DNA of 64,000 bases from Corallochytrium limacisporum Hawaii. Taxonomy: Eukaryota > Protista > Pluriformea. Within the stretch, counting starts at the first letter, position 1. Every line of letters starts with the position of its first letter. The stretch spans positions 1 to 64,000 of the forward strand of contig PDIP01000003.1 of NCBI GenBank assembly GCA_002811645.1. Reading direction: 5' to 3'. The notes beneath the pieces were generated by a model. That model searched no databases, was not told the DNA's origin, and saw only the letters and a list, made by a program, of their open reading frames with translations. Positions 22,178 through 34,086 of this stretch are shown here, in pieces. A program made the position numbers and the translations under genes.

Positions 22178-24004
22178 CTACTTGTCGTGGCTCGCTGGAC
22201 GCGCTCTGTGACCCTCGCTGCGATGTCCAGAGCCCTCCGAGTAACGCTCATCATCGCTATCACTGTTGTCGATGGACGTCGTAGTGACCTGTCTCGGCTG
22301 GGATGTTGCTTGCCCGCTGCCCTTCTCGCCAGAGCTGGTGTTATTGTTGTTGGTTTCCTCGGCTGTGGTGACCTGGCGGCTGATATTAGTCCGCGTCACC
22401 TTGCCTCCACTCCCACTGGTGGATCTAGTACTCTCGCGAGGGAGGTCTCCGGGAGGTATATTGCCAGACTGCTCCGTGACCTCATCTTGACCACTTTTTC
22501 TTGAGTCTGAGGGGAGAGCACTTTCCTCAGAATGGGTGCTACCACTTCGGGCGTCGCTATCCGACTCTTTTTTGGAAGGTGATCCTCGCTCAGCGAGTCT
22601 GCGGGGACGTGTATTCTCCAGGAGAAATTTCTTTGACCGTACCACTGGGGCTAAAGTCGACTTGTTCACAGCCCAATGCTTCTCCAACTCCTGCTGCAGC
22701 TCAATAAAATTATTGTCTGACAGATCGTGCACTCTGTATGAACCATCTTCCGTACTAGCATCCTCCAAGACGAACTCATGGTCCGGCATGAACCCGAAAA
22801 GCTTGTTCCGGTTCCCGTAGATGTATGCAATAACAGCAATTAAGTCCCGGCGCTTTGGTTTCCACAACTCAATGCTCTTGCTCTTGTCCGAATCACGGAC
22901 ACTCATGGTCATTCGTCCCCACTTGAAGAGGCTGACAGGATTCCTAGGATCTTTGCGCATGCATAAACGAGCCACGGCCGCATCAACGCGATTGCGCCAG
23001 TTTTCCACCCTTGTGATACTATCATAGGCAGCTTGGAAGTTTCTTGTCATACCCTGCTCAGCAGTTACAGGCTCTTGGGATTCCGTGATCGAGACACGGG
23101 CATGCTTACTTTGTGAACTAGAAGCGCTGTTGGGATCCTGCGTGTCACTGGTACGCTTTAAACCAACCGGCTGGGCTAATTGCACAACCGTGGGGCCCTG
23201 AGAGGTCATGAGGAATTGTTGAGGCTGCCCAGGGATCGCCATCTGCAAGTTCTGGGGCCCCGTTTGTGGTGGATTCATATTCCCAGGCACGCCACCAGGC
23301 TGCGTCTGCTGTTGTCCCATGACAAAATGCGGCTGTTCTTGGTTCCCAAAATTAATTGGCAGCATGACAATGGGATACGAGACAGTGGAATGTTGGATGG
23401 GCATGGGTTGTTGCGGCTGCGGTGGCTGCTGATGATGTGGATGGTGATGCGGATGGTGCGGATGGTGCTGCTGATGATGCGGATGATGCTGCTGATGATG
23501 CGGATGATGCTGCTGATGATGCGGACGGTACTGCTGCTGCCCCTGCGATGGTTGCTGCTGCAGTGGCTGTGCTTGCTGATGATGTGGAGTTTGCAATTGC
23601 GGCTGGTGTGGTATTGATGGTGGCACCATATATGCAATTTGCATAGGGGTGGGTAGGTGCTGGATTGTTTGCATTATTTGGTATCCCTGCCCATGCTGCT
23701 GATAGTGTGCCCCGGAATATGGTCCCGCGGGAAGCGTTTGTCGGTGACCTGTGGCCTGCCATACCCACTGCTGGGATGTTCCCGGTTGAAGTTGTTGAAT
23801 TAGTTGTGGCCGTCCAAAATTCTGTGGTTGCAATTGCTGTGATAATGCAACCTGGGATGTTTCTGGTTGCGCTGACTGAGCCGGTTGTTGTCGTCCTATG
23901 CTCGGTTGTACGGGAGCATTCGGCACGCTCGTGTCGTCTTGCACAAGTTGGTCACCTTGGGGTTGGTGGGACGATTGTGACGAAACATCTTTGTTGCTCC
24001 GCAT
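22178..24004 (-). CDS. Hypothetical protein, 608 aa: Q/P/H-rich N-terminus, central globular region, S/T/E-rich tail
   Basis: Long ATG-initiated ORF; ordered-looking region about aa 320-465; no family recognised. Confidence 0.8.
   Translation of the reverse strand: MRSNKDVSSQSSHQPQGDQLVQDDTSVPNAPVQPSIGRQQPAQSAQPETSQVALSQQLQPQNFGRPQLIQQLQPGTSQQWVWQATGHRQTLPAGPYSGAHYQQHGQGYQIMQTIQHLPTPMQIAYMVPPSIPHQPQLQTPHHQQAQPLQQQPSQGQQQYRPHHQQHHPHHQQHHPHHQQHHPHHPHHHPHHQQPPQPQQPMPIQHSTVSYPIVMLPINFGNQEQPHFVMGQQQTQPGGVPGNMNPPQTGPQNLQMAIPGQPQQFLMTSQGPTVVQLAQPVGLKRTSDTQDPNSASSSQSKHARVSITESQEPVTAEQGMTRNFQAAYDSITRVENWRNRVDAAVARLCMRKDPRNPVSLFKWGRMTMSVRDSDKSKSIELWKPKRRDLIAVIAYIYGNRNKLFGFMPDHEFVLEDASTEDGSYRVHDLSDNNFIELQQELEKHWAVNKSTLAPVVRSKKFLLENTRPRRLAERGSPSKKESDSDARSGSTHSEESALPSDSRKSGQDEVTEQSGNIPPGDLPRESTRSTSGSGGKVTRTNISRQVTTAEETNNNNTSSGEKGSGQATSQPRQVTTTSIDNSDSDDERYSEGSGHRSEGHRARPASHDK
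23447..23525 (-). repeat. 21-nt coding tandem repeat (PHHQQHH)n
   Basis: Unit TGCTGCTGATGATGCGGATGA on the + strand, about 3 copies plus partial copies. Confidence 0.9.
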
Positions 24005-25685
24005 TTGGCCACTGCCCGATACAGATTAGCGGTACTATGGCGTGCTTCATATCCACTACGGCTCACATTTTTGGCGGTTTGTGTTAAATTTCCAATTCAG
24101 CATTGGAAGAAACGTTGCCCGAATCGCTTGTGGTATATCTATGTGCCGTGATCTGCCTATCACTGCACCAACTACTACCTTTGCAACTCGAGATTTCACT
24201 TGCAATACCAAACATTGTATTACAACCATTTGTAGAGAGAAGTTATAAGCTTAGGTATCCCAAGACACATTCCAGACTAACACAACGTGGCGATAGAGGC
24301 TCGTAGGTTCCTCAAATTTCTTTTCTTTCCTAACGTGATCTTTGGGTGATCGCTGGGCAGTATTCAGATCACGCTCTTCGCCAGCGCGAGCCACTGCGAG
24401 TGAGAATTTGGGGGGAGGGTCCTCCGCTACGAGCACCTCAGTAAAAGTATTTTCTTCTCTTCATTATCTTCCTCCGGGATACACTGGAAAGCTCCTGTGC
24501 CGATTCTGGTGTAGTGGAGCAGGACAGAGGCTTGGGATTCGCTCTGCCGAAGTTGGCATGGTCCGCGCACCATAAAGGCAAAACGCAAGTGGCCACAACT
24601 GATCGATGCAAGTACCTCGATCACCCCCTCTCCCAGGACTGGGGCCGCTGCAGCAGAGGAAGCCTGAGAAGAGGGGAAGGCCCTCCAACGATCTGACGCA
24701 CCTGGAAACTGGAATTTCCGACGTAAGATTTCTTCCAACGTGCACCCTTGCAGTTTTTGGACCTCCAGATCAGCTGTAAAATTAATATACTGACTATTAT
24801 GAAAATGGGAAGAATGCCAAATTTAACATTCTGAAATTTGATACTTATAAGTATATCAATATGCGACTCAAAGACCTCTGTAATCGCTTGGCAATGTATT
24901 GCATTTCCACTACCGGCACACTGAGGACAAGTGCCATGGACCCCGGGATGCAACTCCAAGTAAGTGGTTGGCCTTGGCTGGAATCCTCATTGTTTTCCTC
25001 TGGTTCTTTCACTACCGACCCTTGCCCTCATGCGCGGCGGGGAAACTTCAAAAAATTCGATTCCCTGCGTGCTCCCCGAGAACCCGAGCAAACCGCAGCA
25101 AGCAAGAAGTGGGCAAGGGATCGAGGCTCGTACAGGACCTGCGGGCCGCACGGGGAGGGGGTCACAGTACGGGTTTTCAGATATCAATGAGACGGTACAT
25201 TGACTACTGAGGGGCCACGGGTTAAAGGGGGTCTCAAACCGACCTTACTTTTATTTGCAGGCGGGGGAGACTCTCCGCTTATGGGCCCCTTTGATTCCGA
25301 GGAGTGCTCAGTAGGTCAGTCCTCTGGTGCCTCCATCAAGTTATCTCCCTTCATCTCAGCAGAGTCTTAGAATTGTTTAACACCAAACATACAATTATAA
25401 CCATCAGAGAATGGACGGGGGAACGATCAGCTGGATGAACTTCTTTGCGCACTCAACCCGGTACTGGTATGTGGGGAAAGGCGAAGAACAATTGAGAACA
25501 AGTATCATATAGACATGAATGTTTGTCTAATTGAATTTGCGTGCGGCCTCTACATGGCGTCTTGAATGCATACGTGAAATTATATACTGTGTTCGTCGGA
25601 CTCACCATGACTTGAACAAACCTTTCAAGAGAATGATGTAGGTCTTGTACTCGGATTTTTTGTTTGCCAACTTGTAAATCAGACC

Positions 25686-28600
25686 ATGAGTGATAGATTT
25701 CCCGGCGGTATGCACCGCCGTTTTGGAGGCGCTTCCGGATCGAGACCATTTCGGGGTGGAGGAAGACTAGTACCGTTAGCAAAACGAATGGGAAGCCGAT
25801 GGAGCCAATCTGAATTGGAAAAGTTCTATGAACTTTATCATACGTATGGGAAGGACTTTGGTGAATATCTCGATGAGCTTCCTGGACGGACTGAAGAACA
25901 CGTCCAGGCAATGTTCGAAAAGAATCGCCTTGTCCTTAACAGCCTTAAGACTTTTCTTGATCGTATGGAAGAATTCTATGGATCAGATGAGTCTTCTTCG
26001 GAGGACGAAGACGAGTCATCGGAAGCAGACGGAGATGATACAAGACCGCCAATCAAGGACGAAGAGGAAGACGAAGACGAAGAGGAAGAGGAAGCACAAG
26101 ACGAAAAAGGACACAGACAAGATCCGAAGTTTCTCTACCAGCCTCCTGCTTTCGAGTATACTTCACGAAGTTATGTGAGTCTTCCTCTTGGGGCTTCGAC
26201 AGCAAAATCTGACCGCATGGCACCTGCCACATCCACGTCCGCGTCGTCACAGCATCGTGCATCTGGACTGGCACCTGTCGTTGACTCGGATCGGTTCCTA
26301 AGCTCTACAGATGATAGTGACATTGAGAGGCGTTCGCCAAGGAAGCGGAGAGCAGGAAAGGACGACATTGGACAGAAGCATCGCAAAGATAGTAGAGGAC
26401 AAAAGACGCCGGTGAGGGGATCTGCTGGACAGAAAACACCGGTGAGGGGATCTGCTGGGCAGAAGACGCCGGTGAAGACACCCGGAAAGACTGCTGCGTC
26501 CAAGAAGACGCCGACAACAGTGCGTGGAATGGATGAATCAATGCACCTCGACGATACCGAAGGCTCTGTTCAAGTAGATCACAGCGCAAGACGAGGATCC
26601 GGGCGGCTATCATCAAAAGGCTCGAAGCAAACCCCCACGCGCGGAAGAGGTAGGCCTCCGAGGACGTCAGCAGCCTCCTCGACACCGCAAGCAAAAGAGT
26701 CTGCTACCGAAGCTGCCCGCCGTGTCTTTGTCCCCTTGACAGAGGTTTGGAATGAGATCAAGGAACGGTACCACAAATTTGCAACTCCGGATGCTTTGGA
26801 ATGGATGGCCTGCGAATTTTTATACTCTGATATGGATAGGGAAATCTTTGACATGTACGAGATCGAGGTTTCTGATGCGTTTGCGATGGCGGGTGCAAAA
26901 CCTGGTATGAAGCTGACTTTAACACAATGGAACCAAGTTCGCAGGAACATGGGTAAGCCCCGTCGTTTCAGTCCTGCCTTTATTGAAACTGAGAGGGCGC
27001 GCTGGTATACCGACCGAGACGTAGTCAGACGTGTGCAGGCCATGATACACACGTTCATCAGTGATGATGACATGGAAGAAATCTTGGCTGGCGTGAACTT
27101 GCCGTCTTGGATTCCATACCCTTCGCTCATTGGACGCGAGGTCCTTGTTAATCTAGCTGGCCTCAAAAATGAAACCCCAAATCCCATCAAAGCTGGACGT
27201 GTACTTGGCATGGATATGCGGAAGAGTACGTATCGAGTCGCCGCCTACACGTATTGGAATGATGCCGATCCAGACCAGGATACTCCGACACCGCAGAGAG
27301 TTTCGAAGCGAAAGCCTGCTAAGCCACGCCCAGTGCGTGAGGACGGACCGGGGGACATTATGCAGTACGGTCCTCACAGCCGCGGCAAGGGAGTTCACGT
27401 GAATAAGGATCGTCAAGCCAAGGCACGCGCCATAGTTACCGTACCGGACTCTGCGGTGATGGATCGCACCTATCCCAGAGAAAACCGATATCTGTTGCGA
27501 AGTGTACTACCGAAGCTGATGAGCATGATCCGCTCCAAGGAGGGTCACGCATCAATCCAGGACAATAAGTCCAAGGGCAGCGGTTTCAAAATGGAGGCAC
27601 CAAAGAAAATTGACCTTCCATCATTCAAGCTAAAGAGTCTCAAAGCACTGAATCCTGAACAAAAATCTGCCTTTGCGGAACGCCATGCTCAGTGCCGTAC
27701 TCGTATCCGTGTGCTCCTGACGGAGCTCACCAATGACGCGTACAATGTCCAGAAATTAGCCCACAAGAAAGGCGTGCATTTTTATCATGTTGAAGTGAAC
27801 GAGGCTCGCAGTAGGCTGATACTGCGTCTCACTCAGGTGGCCCATCTGTACCGTGCCGTGCTACAGTCCGTTCGGGTGATCAATGACTACGCAGAACGGG
27901 TCACCGCATTGGGCCGTGATGAAGAGATTCAGAACTACCGCCGTGAGTACACGTGGTGCATGGAAGTCTTGACGGAACTAAATCGAGCCATCAATCATGC
28001 GATGTCTGTTGCGCACAAGTACGTGAGTATGCATACGGGTAGCGCCATCAGTGTAAACGAACATGACAACCCACTGATGTCTCAGTCGGCAACTACAGGT
28101 CAGTATGTCGTTGAGAAGATTATGCGGGAGCAAGAAATTCTACGGAAAAGTACGGCTGGTGGAGATGCTTCTGGTCTGGCCATCCTGACGAATCTGTCGG
28201 TCCAATTGGAGCAGGATCAAGTCTCTGCACAAGACAGTACGGAGGGTGTGGGCGGAGAAGACACGGCCGACGGTGGAGACGTTGTGCATACGCAGACTCT
28301 GAACAGTTCATCACGGCACCTTGTCGACTTGATGGTGCATATGGTTCAGTTGCTTGCGTATGTCGGGGAGGCCGGTCCGCAGCGTGTGGGCAACCGTACT
28401 GTGCAGGACACCATGGACTTTCTGGTGAGGTCCCTGCAGCCTGCCTTTGTGGAGAACCGGGAGATGTACAATACCATTCACTTCAATACTCAGCGTCTCT
28501 TGAACATGCTCAGTGACCGTGGTGTGTGGTCGAGGGTTCGGCTGGGCGACAATGCTGGTGGTAGTCAGCACACTTCGCCGGACCGGCCAGGCGCGATAGC

Positions 28601-28712
28601 TAACGCGTCCCGGACATCGACTACCACCCCACGATCTCAGTATAGCGCACTGTACAGGTCGAGCGTGCCAAGCTCATCGTCACCCATCAAGGGCAAAAGT
28701 CCTCAAAGATAG
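25686..28712 (+). CDS. LIN9: LIN-9/ALWAYS EARLY family MuvB/DREAM subunit (N-terminal SANT/Myb, DIRP, Tudor-like, coiled coil), 1008 aa
   Basis: DIRP motifs WMACEFLYSDMDREIF and LTLTQWNQVRRNMGKPRRFSPAFIETER; N-terminal MGSRWSQSELEKFYELYHTYGKDF. Confidence 0.9.
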   Translation: MSDRFPGGMHRRFGGASGSRPFRGGGRLVPLAKRMGSRWSQSELEKFYELYHTYGKDFGEYLDELPGRTEEHVQAMFEKNRLVLNSLKTFLDRMEEFYGSDESSSEDEDESSEADGDDTRPPIKDEEEDEDEEEEEAQDEKGHRQDPKFLYQPPAFEYTSRSYVSLPLGASTAKSDRMAPATSTSASSQHRASGLAPVVDSDRFLSSTDDSDIERRSPRKRRAGKDDIGQKHRKDSRGQKTPVRGSAGQKTPVRGSAGQKTPVKTPGKTAASKKTPTTVRGMDESMHLDDTEGSVQVDHSARRGSGRLSSKGSKQTPTRGRGRPPRTSAASSTPQAKESATEAARRVFVPLTEVWNEIKERYHKFATPDALEWMACEFLYSDMDREIFDMYEIEVSDAFAMAGAKPGMKLTLTQWNQVRRNMGKPRRFSPAFIETERARWYTDRDVVRRVQAMIHTFISDDDMEEILAGVNLPSWIPYPSLIGREVLVNLAGLKNETPNPIKAGRVLGMDMRKSTYRVAAYTYWNDADPDQDTPTPQRVSKRKPAKPRPVREDGPGDIMQYGPHSRGKGVHVNKDRQAKARAIVTVPDSAVMDRTYPRENRYLLRSVLPKLMSMIRSKEGHASIQDNKSKGSGFKMEAPKKIDLPSFKLKSLKALNPEQKSAFAERHAQCRTRIRVLLTELTNDAYNVQKLAHKKGVHFYHVEVNEARSRLILRLTQVAHLYRAVLQSVRVINDYAERVTALGRDEEIQNYRREYTWCMEVLTELNRAINHAMSVAHKYVSMHTGSAISVNEHDNPLMSQSATTGQYVVEKIMREQEILRKSTAGGDASGLAILTNLSVQLEQDQVSAQDSTEGVGGEDTADGGDVVHTQTLNSSSRHLVDLMVHMVQLLAYVGEAGPQRVGNRTVQDTMDFLVRSLQPAFVENREMYNTIHFNTQRLLNMLSDRGVWSRVRLGDNAGGSQHTSPDRPGAIANASRTSTTTPRSQYSALYRSSVPSSSSPIKGKSPQR
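26397..26477 (+). repeat. 30-nt coding tandem repeat (GQKTPVRGSA), about 2.7 copies
   Basis: Copies start at 26397, 26427 and 26457. Confidence 0.92.
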
Positions 28713-29152
28713 TTAGCAGTAGAAACATCCACTCGAATTTTGAATTCCAGACAACAGAATCCGCTTATGTGTAATTTAATCGTTTGTACGATAGCAGACT
28801 ACAATACCTTCCGTCGAAGGAGCATGCAAACGAGTGGAAACCCGTTGGCAAGGGCTCTCGCTCTCATTTTATTATACGTGCATACTCAAACATTATGGCA
28901 GAAAGTGTTGCGCCTCCGGGAAGTTCATTTTCCCAGGCGCAGGAAGCCATGCCCAGCGCCCCCCCGGGGGGGGGGGGGGAATTTCAGTTCGAGTGGGCAC
29001 CCATGACCGCGCCAGGGGGTTCTGCGCCTTCAACTCCAGTGCTATGAACAGAGTCGGACCACGCAAGCCGAACCCAGGCGTGACCGGCAGACAATTGGTC
29101 GCAACACGCGAGGTGGACACACTATCGCCGAGATCCACTGTCCATTGTGCTT

Positions 29153-32100
29153 TTAGCCCCAAATTTGGCGGACTATCTCAGTTGGCAGTCCATTGAAGTC
29201 CCTATTTGCAGGTCCACGGTAGCTCTTCGGGAAGGCGGAGATCATCATTGGGTGCTGTTGCAGTCTCGACTGATCGTAGAGACTGGACGACGACGCACCA
29301 TCCGATACTCCAGCCATGATTCCCCTATGCTGGCACCGCTGGAGCTTGACTCGTTCATCGCGCAGCAGTGACCGTGCTGCCAATTGGAACAGCGAAGGCA
29401 CCTCAAGCTGGTACTCGTGAACACGGTTACAGCGCTTGCGGCCCTCTGTATCAAGGCAGCCGCCAAAAAGCAAGAACGAACCGTTGGCAGTCACGCTGCC
29501 TGCGTGGAAGTACTTGGGCGGTGGGACCTCGGTCGAATGGCTCGGCCGTGGCGGTCGCGTCGGGGACACGTCAACGTGGTGGTTTTGGAGCGACGGCTGT
29601 GTCGAGACAGGGTTCTGTTGCTGGTAGTGTTCCTGCTGCTGCCAATGTTGGTGGTCTTGGCCCATTAGCAAATGGCGGACTGGACTGCTCGGAGCGGACG
29701 CTGACAGGTACTGATACGGTTGCCACTGCTGCGCCTGCTGGTCCGTTTCGGTATAGTGATGGGCCTCCTCTGGTTGAACTGTTGAAGGGAACTGCAGGTG
29801 CGGATGCGGGCTCTGCATACTCAGGAAATGCAGTAGTGACTCAGATAAAGAAGGCAAGCTGTAGCCCGCGACTGTGGTGGTGGTGAGTGGGTGCCAGAAT
29901 GGTATGCAGATGGCCGTTGGTTCATGAGACCCCCGGATTGGTGCTCCTGCTGTGGTTGGTGTTGTGCTTGCTGCTGGTGTACCGTGTCAAGCATAGATTG
30001 CAATGCACCACCAGCAGCACATGCAGGATTTACTCCGTTGTGGTAGGCTGGCTGGGCATCTGTGTGCATCATGTGCCATGAATGGGTCGCCAAGTCAAAG
30101 CGCCAGAGGTCGCCCCTGATGCTGCCACCGTCAGTGCCTCCGTGGAGATAAATATGGTCTTGGTAACGAACACAAATATGTGAACGACGGGCGCTGGGCA
30201 TACCTGGGCGGCCCAGAGTGAGCCTTACTTCACCGCCACCGGCGTAAGCACTGTGGAACTGTATGGAGTCCAGGCCATTTCTGCCCGCCTCCGTAATGAT
30301 TGGCCTCAACACTGACCGACTCACGCAGACATTGGGCCGAACTCGCTCCCACTCGCGGCGTGAGAAGTGGAAGCGCCAGACGCCGATGCCTCCAGCCATC
30401 ATTTCCGATGTGGCTGGAACGAGAACATGTCGCCGGTTGCTGGCTTGGCAGTCGCGGAAATTGCAGGCTTCGCCTTGGGCCATCAAACGCTTGACTTCCT
30501 GCTGAAATTGAGCACGCTGATTCTGGTGAAGTCGGTGACCATCCTGTGAAGCGCTGGAGCTAGACTCTGGCAACGCGTGCTGCGAGGCAATATTGTCTGG
30601 CAGAGATCCATTTACGATTTGCTCCTGTCGACGCCGATGCTGTCCATCGGCATCACTCTGTTGCGGCTCCTCCTCTCGTGGCCGTTGCTGTTGTTGCCGT
30701 TGTTGCTGTTGCTGCTGATCCTGACCCTGCAGACCCGGCAACACCGGTGGTGCATCCTCATCAATTGGTCCTGGGCACCCTCCTCCAAAAACGTACATGT
30801 ATTCATCCGTGACTACGGCCTCGTGCTTGTAACGTGCCGAGGGCCGGTCATGGAGGCCCCGAATTGTGCCCGGCCCCGTGCCCAGGTCTATGCGATCAAC
30901 TCTCTCCCATTCGATAGTTGCAACGCGCTGGTGCCGCAGTGTTCCACGGTCCGTGTAGCGCAAGAGCCCGTTGCTGCCCGCCTCTAATACCAATTCACCG
31001 CTCCCTGAATCATTCCGTGGGCCGTCCTCGTCGTCACGGTCGGAGCCGTCCACGTAATCGCTGCTGAAGGTCAGTTTACCTCGCCAGAGGTCGTCAAAGA
31101 AGGCCAGTCCCGAGGTGCCCCCAAAGACATAAACAGCACCGTCCGGGCCCTGAACCATACTTTGCCCATACCGTGCACATGGGACAATCGGTGCAATACG
31201 GCGCACACTGGGCGGCGTGTTGTTGGGCTGGTCACCACCGGTTGCGTCGGCATTTCCAGCAAGGCCTTGCCCCTGCAGGTTGTTGGCACCGTGGCCACCA
31301 TGGGCGTTCAGTCCATCCTCAGTGATGATGTGATGAAGCGTCCAGCGCTTCTCCAGTAAATCGTAGGAGTAGGTTGCGTTTGAGTTGCAGAGACCGAACG
31401 GTACGCCACTGCCTCCGAATATGACCAGGTGCCGACCATTGCCAGCCAGGACGGCACTATGGCTGGCAGTGTTGGCCGGGATCTCTCCCGCCGACGGCAG
31501 TTTTTCCCATTCCAGACTGGGCATGTGCAGGCGGTATAGGTCCGCGTTGCACCTGCCCTCGTGGTAACCTCCGAAAACGTAAAGGTAATTTTCATCCGTC
31601 GCGCAGACATGGCCACTGCGGACGGTAGGTGCAGGGCCGGCGGTCTTGCAAAGGCGCCACTGTGTCTCTGGGCGTGGATGGGCCTTTGTGCGCTGCTGCT
31701 GTTTGGTGCGGAGGCTGGGTGCTAAGGATGGCACCTGAAGTGCGGACGGCCCCTGCCACACTGCTTCTTGCGGCGACGTCAAGGATGTCGAGGCCTCGAT
31801 GTGTGCCGGTGTAGATGGTACTGCCACTGTTGATGACGCCCCAGCTGACAACGATGATGATGGTGATGATGGTGATGCTGATGATGACGCTGATGATGAT
31901 GATGATGATGGTGGTGATGATGATGATGATGACCCTGTTGCTGCCCAGGTAGGGCGTTCTGCTGGCGACACAGGCGATGACCTCTCGTCGTTTTCAAATC
32001 GGAACCGCCGATGGTGGTTCCGCGAAAGCTGGGTCTGACCCCGACTGTGAGACCGACGGTGGCCGCGACCACTGCTCCTGTTTCTGTCGTTGGTACTGCT

Positions 32101-32793
32101 GGTGCACTGTGTCTGCTGCCTTGGTGTGTCCCTAGTGACAGCCACACCCTCTGTCGACGTGGCTCGCGCAAGTGTGCAATGTAGTGAGCGCGGCGTGACA
32201 GTGGTTGCTTTCGAATCTACCCCCTCAGCAGCAGCGTCAGCGTATCGCGGCGTGTCAGCGGGTGTTTCTGACGGGCTGAATATGTTGTCCGGGCGATAAG
32301 CCACGTGCCCGACTGAGTAATCGTCAACATCCGATGCAGAACGGTAACTAAAGCCCGTGGCTGCATTAAGAATTTGAGAGTGCGCCATGGGCATCGCAAC
32401 ATTCACGGAAGACACAGCATGAACAGGCTCGACGTCCATGTCGTCGCTATAATGCCCATCCTGACTCTCTTCTCCGTCATTCACATGATGGTGAAACATA
32501 TCTTCGTCATCCATCTCGCTTGGTGGTTGCACGACCAGACTGATGAACGATTGTGGCCGCTGCGGTGCCAAAGTAGAGTCGCCTTCGTGATCGTCCCTTC
32601 GTTCGCCAATATATTCGTGGTTGTCCCACGAAGGCCTGTGTCCGCCGGTGCCACCGTTGACACTGCTGCCTATCCCTTCAGAGCTACGACGTTGTGGATG
32701 GCCTAGTGAACCGCGCAAGGTGGTGTTTTCCTCTGAGAGCCAAGACGTTTCGGCCCGAGGACTGTCTAAAATGCTGCTTACACTACCACCCAT
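29153..32793 (-). CDS. Kelch-repeat protein, KLHDC10-like with C-terminal BC-box, split by one frame discontinuity near 29820-29990
   Basis: Kelch blades RSGH..LYVFGG, ASHS..LVIFGGSGVPFG, ARYGQS..VYVFGGT, ARYKH..MYVFGG, RRSH..IYLHGG in ORF 29821-32973; last blade PKYFHAGSVTANG..FGG and VPSLFQLAARSL in ORF 29153-29857. First ATG 32793 gives MGGSVS (myristoylation-like). Confidence 0.82.
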
Positions 32794-33450
32794 CGATGTC
32801 TGTTCTAGTCGCGGGTGCAGATTCAACACGCTTTTTGTGCACTCGTGCGCTCGCTGGGATTGGTTGCGTCCACCTCTTCCCCTCTCTTCCAAACGATAGC
32901 TTATCGCGGTATCGAGTGAGATTTCCTTATCAAACTCTTCTCGACTGTCTGCTTCATAAGCAAGATCGCACAAAACAGTAACCCTTAGCTGGCTCTTGGT
33001 CTGAGTCTGCTACACTCCGAATAGTGTCGGAACAGACTTTCACTAAATGCACTTTGCGTACCACAAGCTCAGGTTGTTGTTGAGCCCACTTACGTACCTA
33101 GGCAAGTCTAAGATTCAGTGCTCCACGTATCAATTGAACAAACCTATGCGTAACTTTCTTTTCATGAATGTACCCCATTACTACTCACTGACACACACAT
33201 ACACAAATACACACACCCACACAGACTGGATCAGGGACTCTCCTCTTGCGCAGGGTCGCCCCCGATCGCGCTCCCGCCCCCCTCCCCCGGGGGGGGGGTG
33301 TGGGGGAACCCACCCAATTAACGTTGGGGCCTTTAATCGCAGGTGCAGATAGTGAAGGTACGGGCCTTGCTTTACTCCATTACTATTTTTTTGCCTTTTA
33401 ACGAGCCGCTTCCTGCCTCCGGCGACCAGAGACAAGAGACACAGAGACAC

Positions 33451-33493
<43 letters not shown>

Positions 33494-33507
33494 ACTGCTG
33501 CCCCGCG

Positions 33508-33692
33508 GGAGTGAGATTGGGAGCCCGGTACCCCCCCCCCCGGGGGGCTGGAGGAGGGAGAAGGGAGAGTCAGCGATGGGGGAGCGGGGACGGGGACAGG
33601 AGTGAGATTGGGAGCCCGGTCCCCCCCCCCCCGGGGGGCGGGAGGAGGGAGAAGGGAGAGTCAGCGATGGGGTAGCGGGGACGGGGACAGGA
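33508..33692. repeat. Tandem duplication, period 91 nt, each copy containing a CnGn palindrome
   Basis: GGAGTGAGATTGGGAGCCCGGT...GGGGACA starts at 33508 and 33599 with a few differences. Confidence 0.9.
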
Positions 33693-34051
33693 ACGTCTTT
33701 GTCTTACGCCCGCACACTTTACGCACTTACGGCACCGAGCGAACGACGGACAGCAGCCAACATACACCCCCGGGGAACAGAAGGAAGTCTGTGCCGAAGG
33801 AAAACAAAAAAAACCTGAGAGCCAGAGCGGTGGAGTGGTTGCAGGAGACGGGTTAGCGACACACAGAGAGAGCGAGAGAGCTAGTAGATGGCCAGCCGAT
33901 TGGGGGCCCTTGCCCTCACAGCGCTGCCGCGCAAGAGATCTCGGCTCAGGGCAAGGCTGTTCCATTGAACAGACATGCCGGGCCCGCGGTTGCGGCGGTC
34001 AAAAACGGATTCAGAGCAAGACACGCATTTACTCACACACACACACACACA

Positions 34052-34086
34052 GAGTGAGTGAGTGAGTGAGTGAGTGAGTGAGTGAG
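34052..34086. repeat. (GAGT)n tetranucleotide microsatellite following a (CA)n tract
   Basis: Direct read. Confidence 0.9.

Noticed and set aside
31779-32171. Poly-His ORF (minus strand) and poly-Asp ORF (plus strand)
   Set aside because: Alternative frames of the (TCA)n poly-Ser tract in the Kelch gene.
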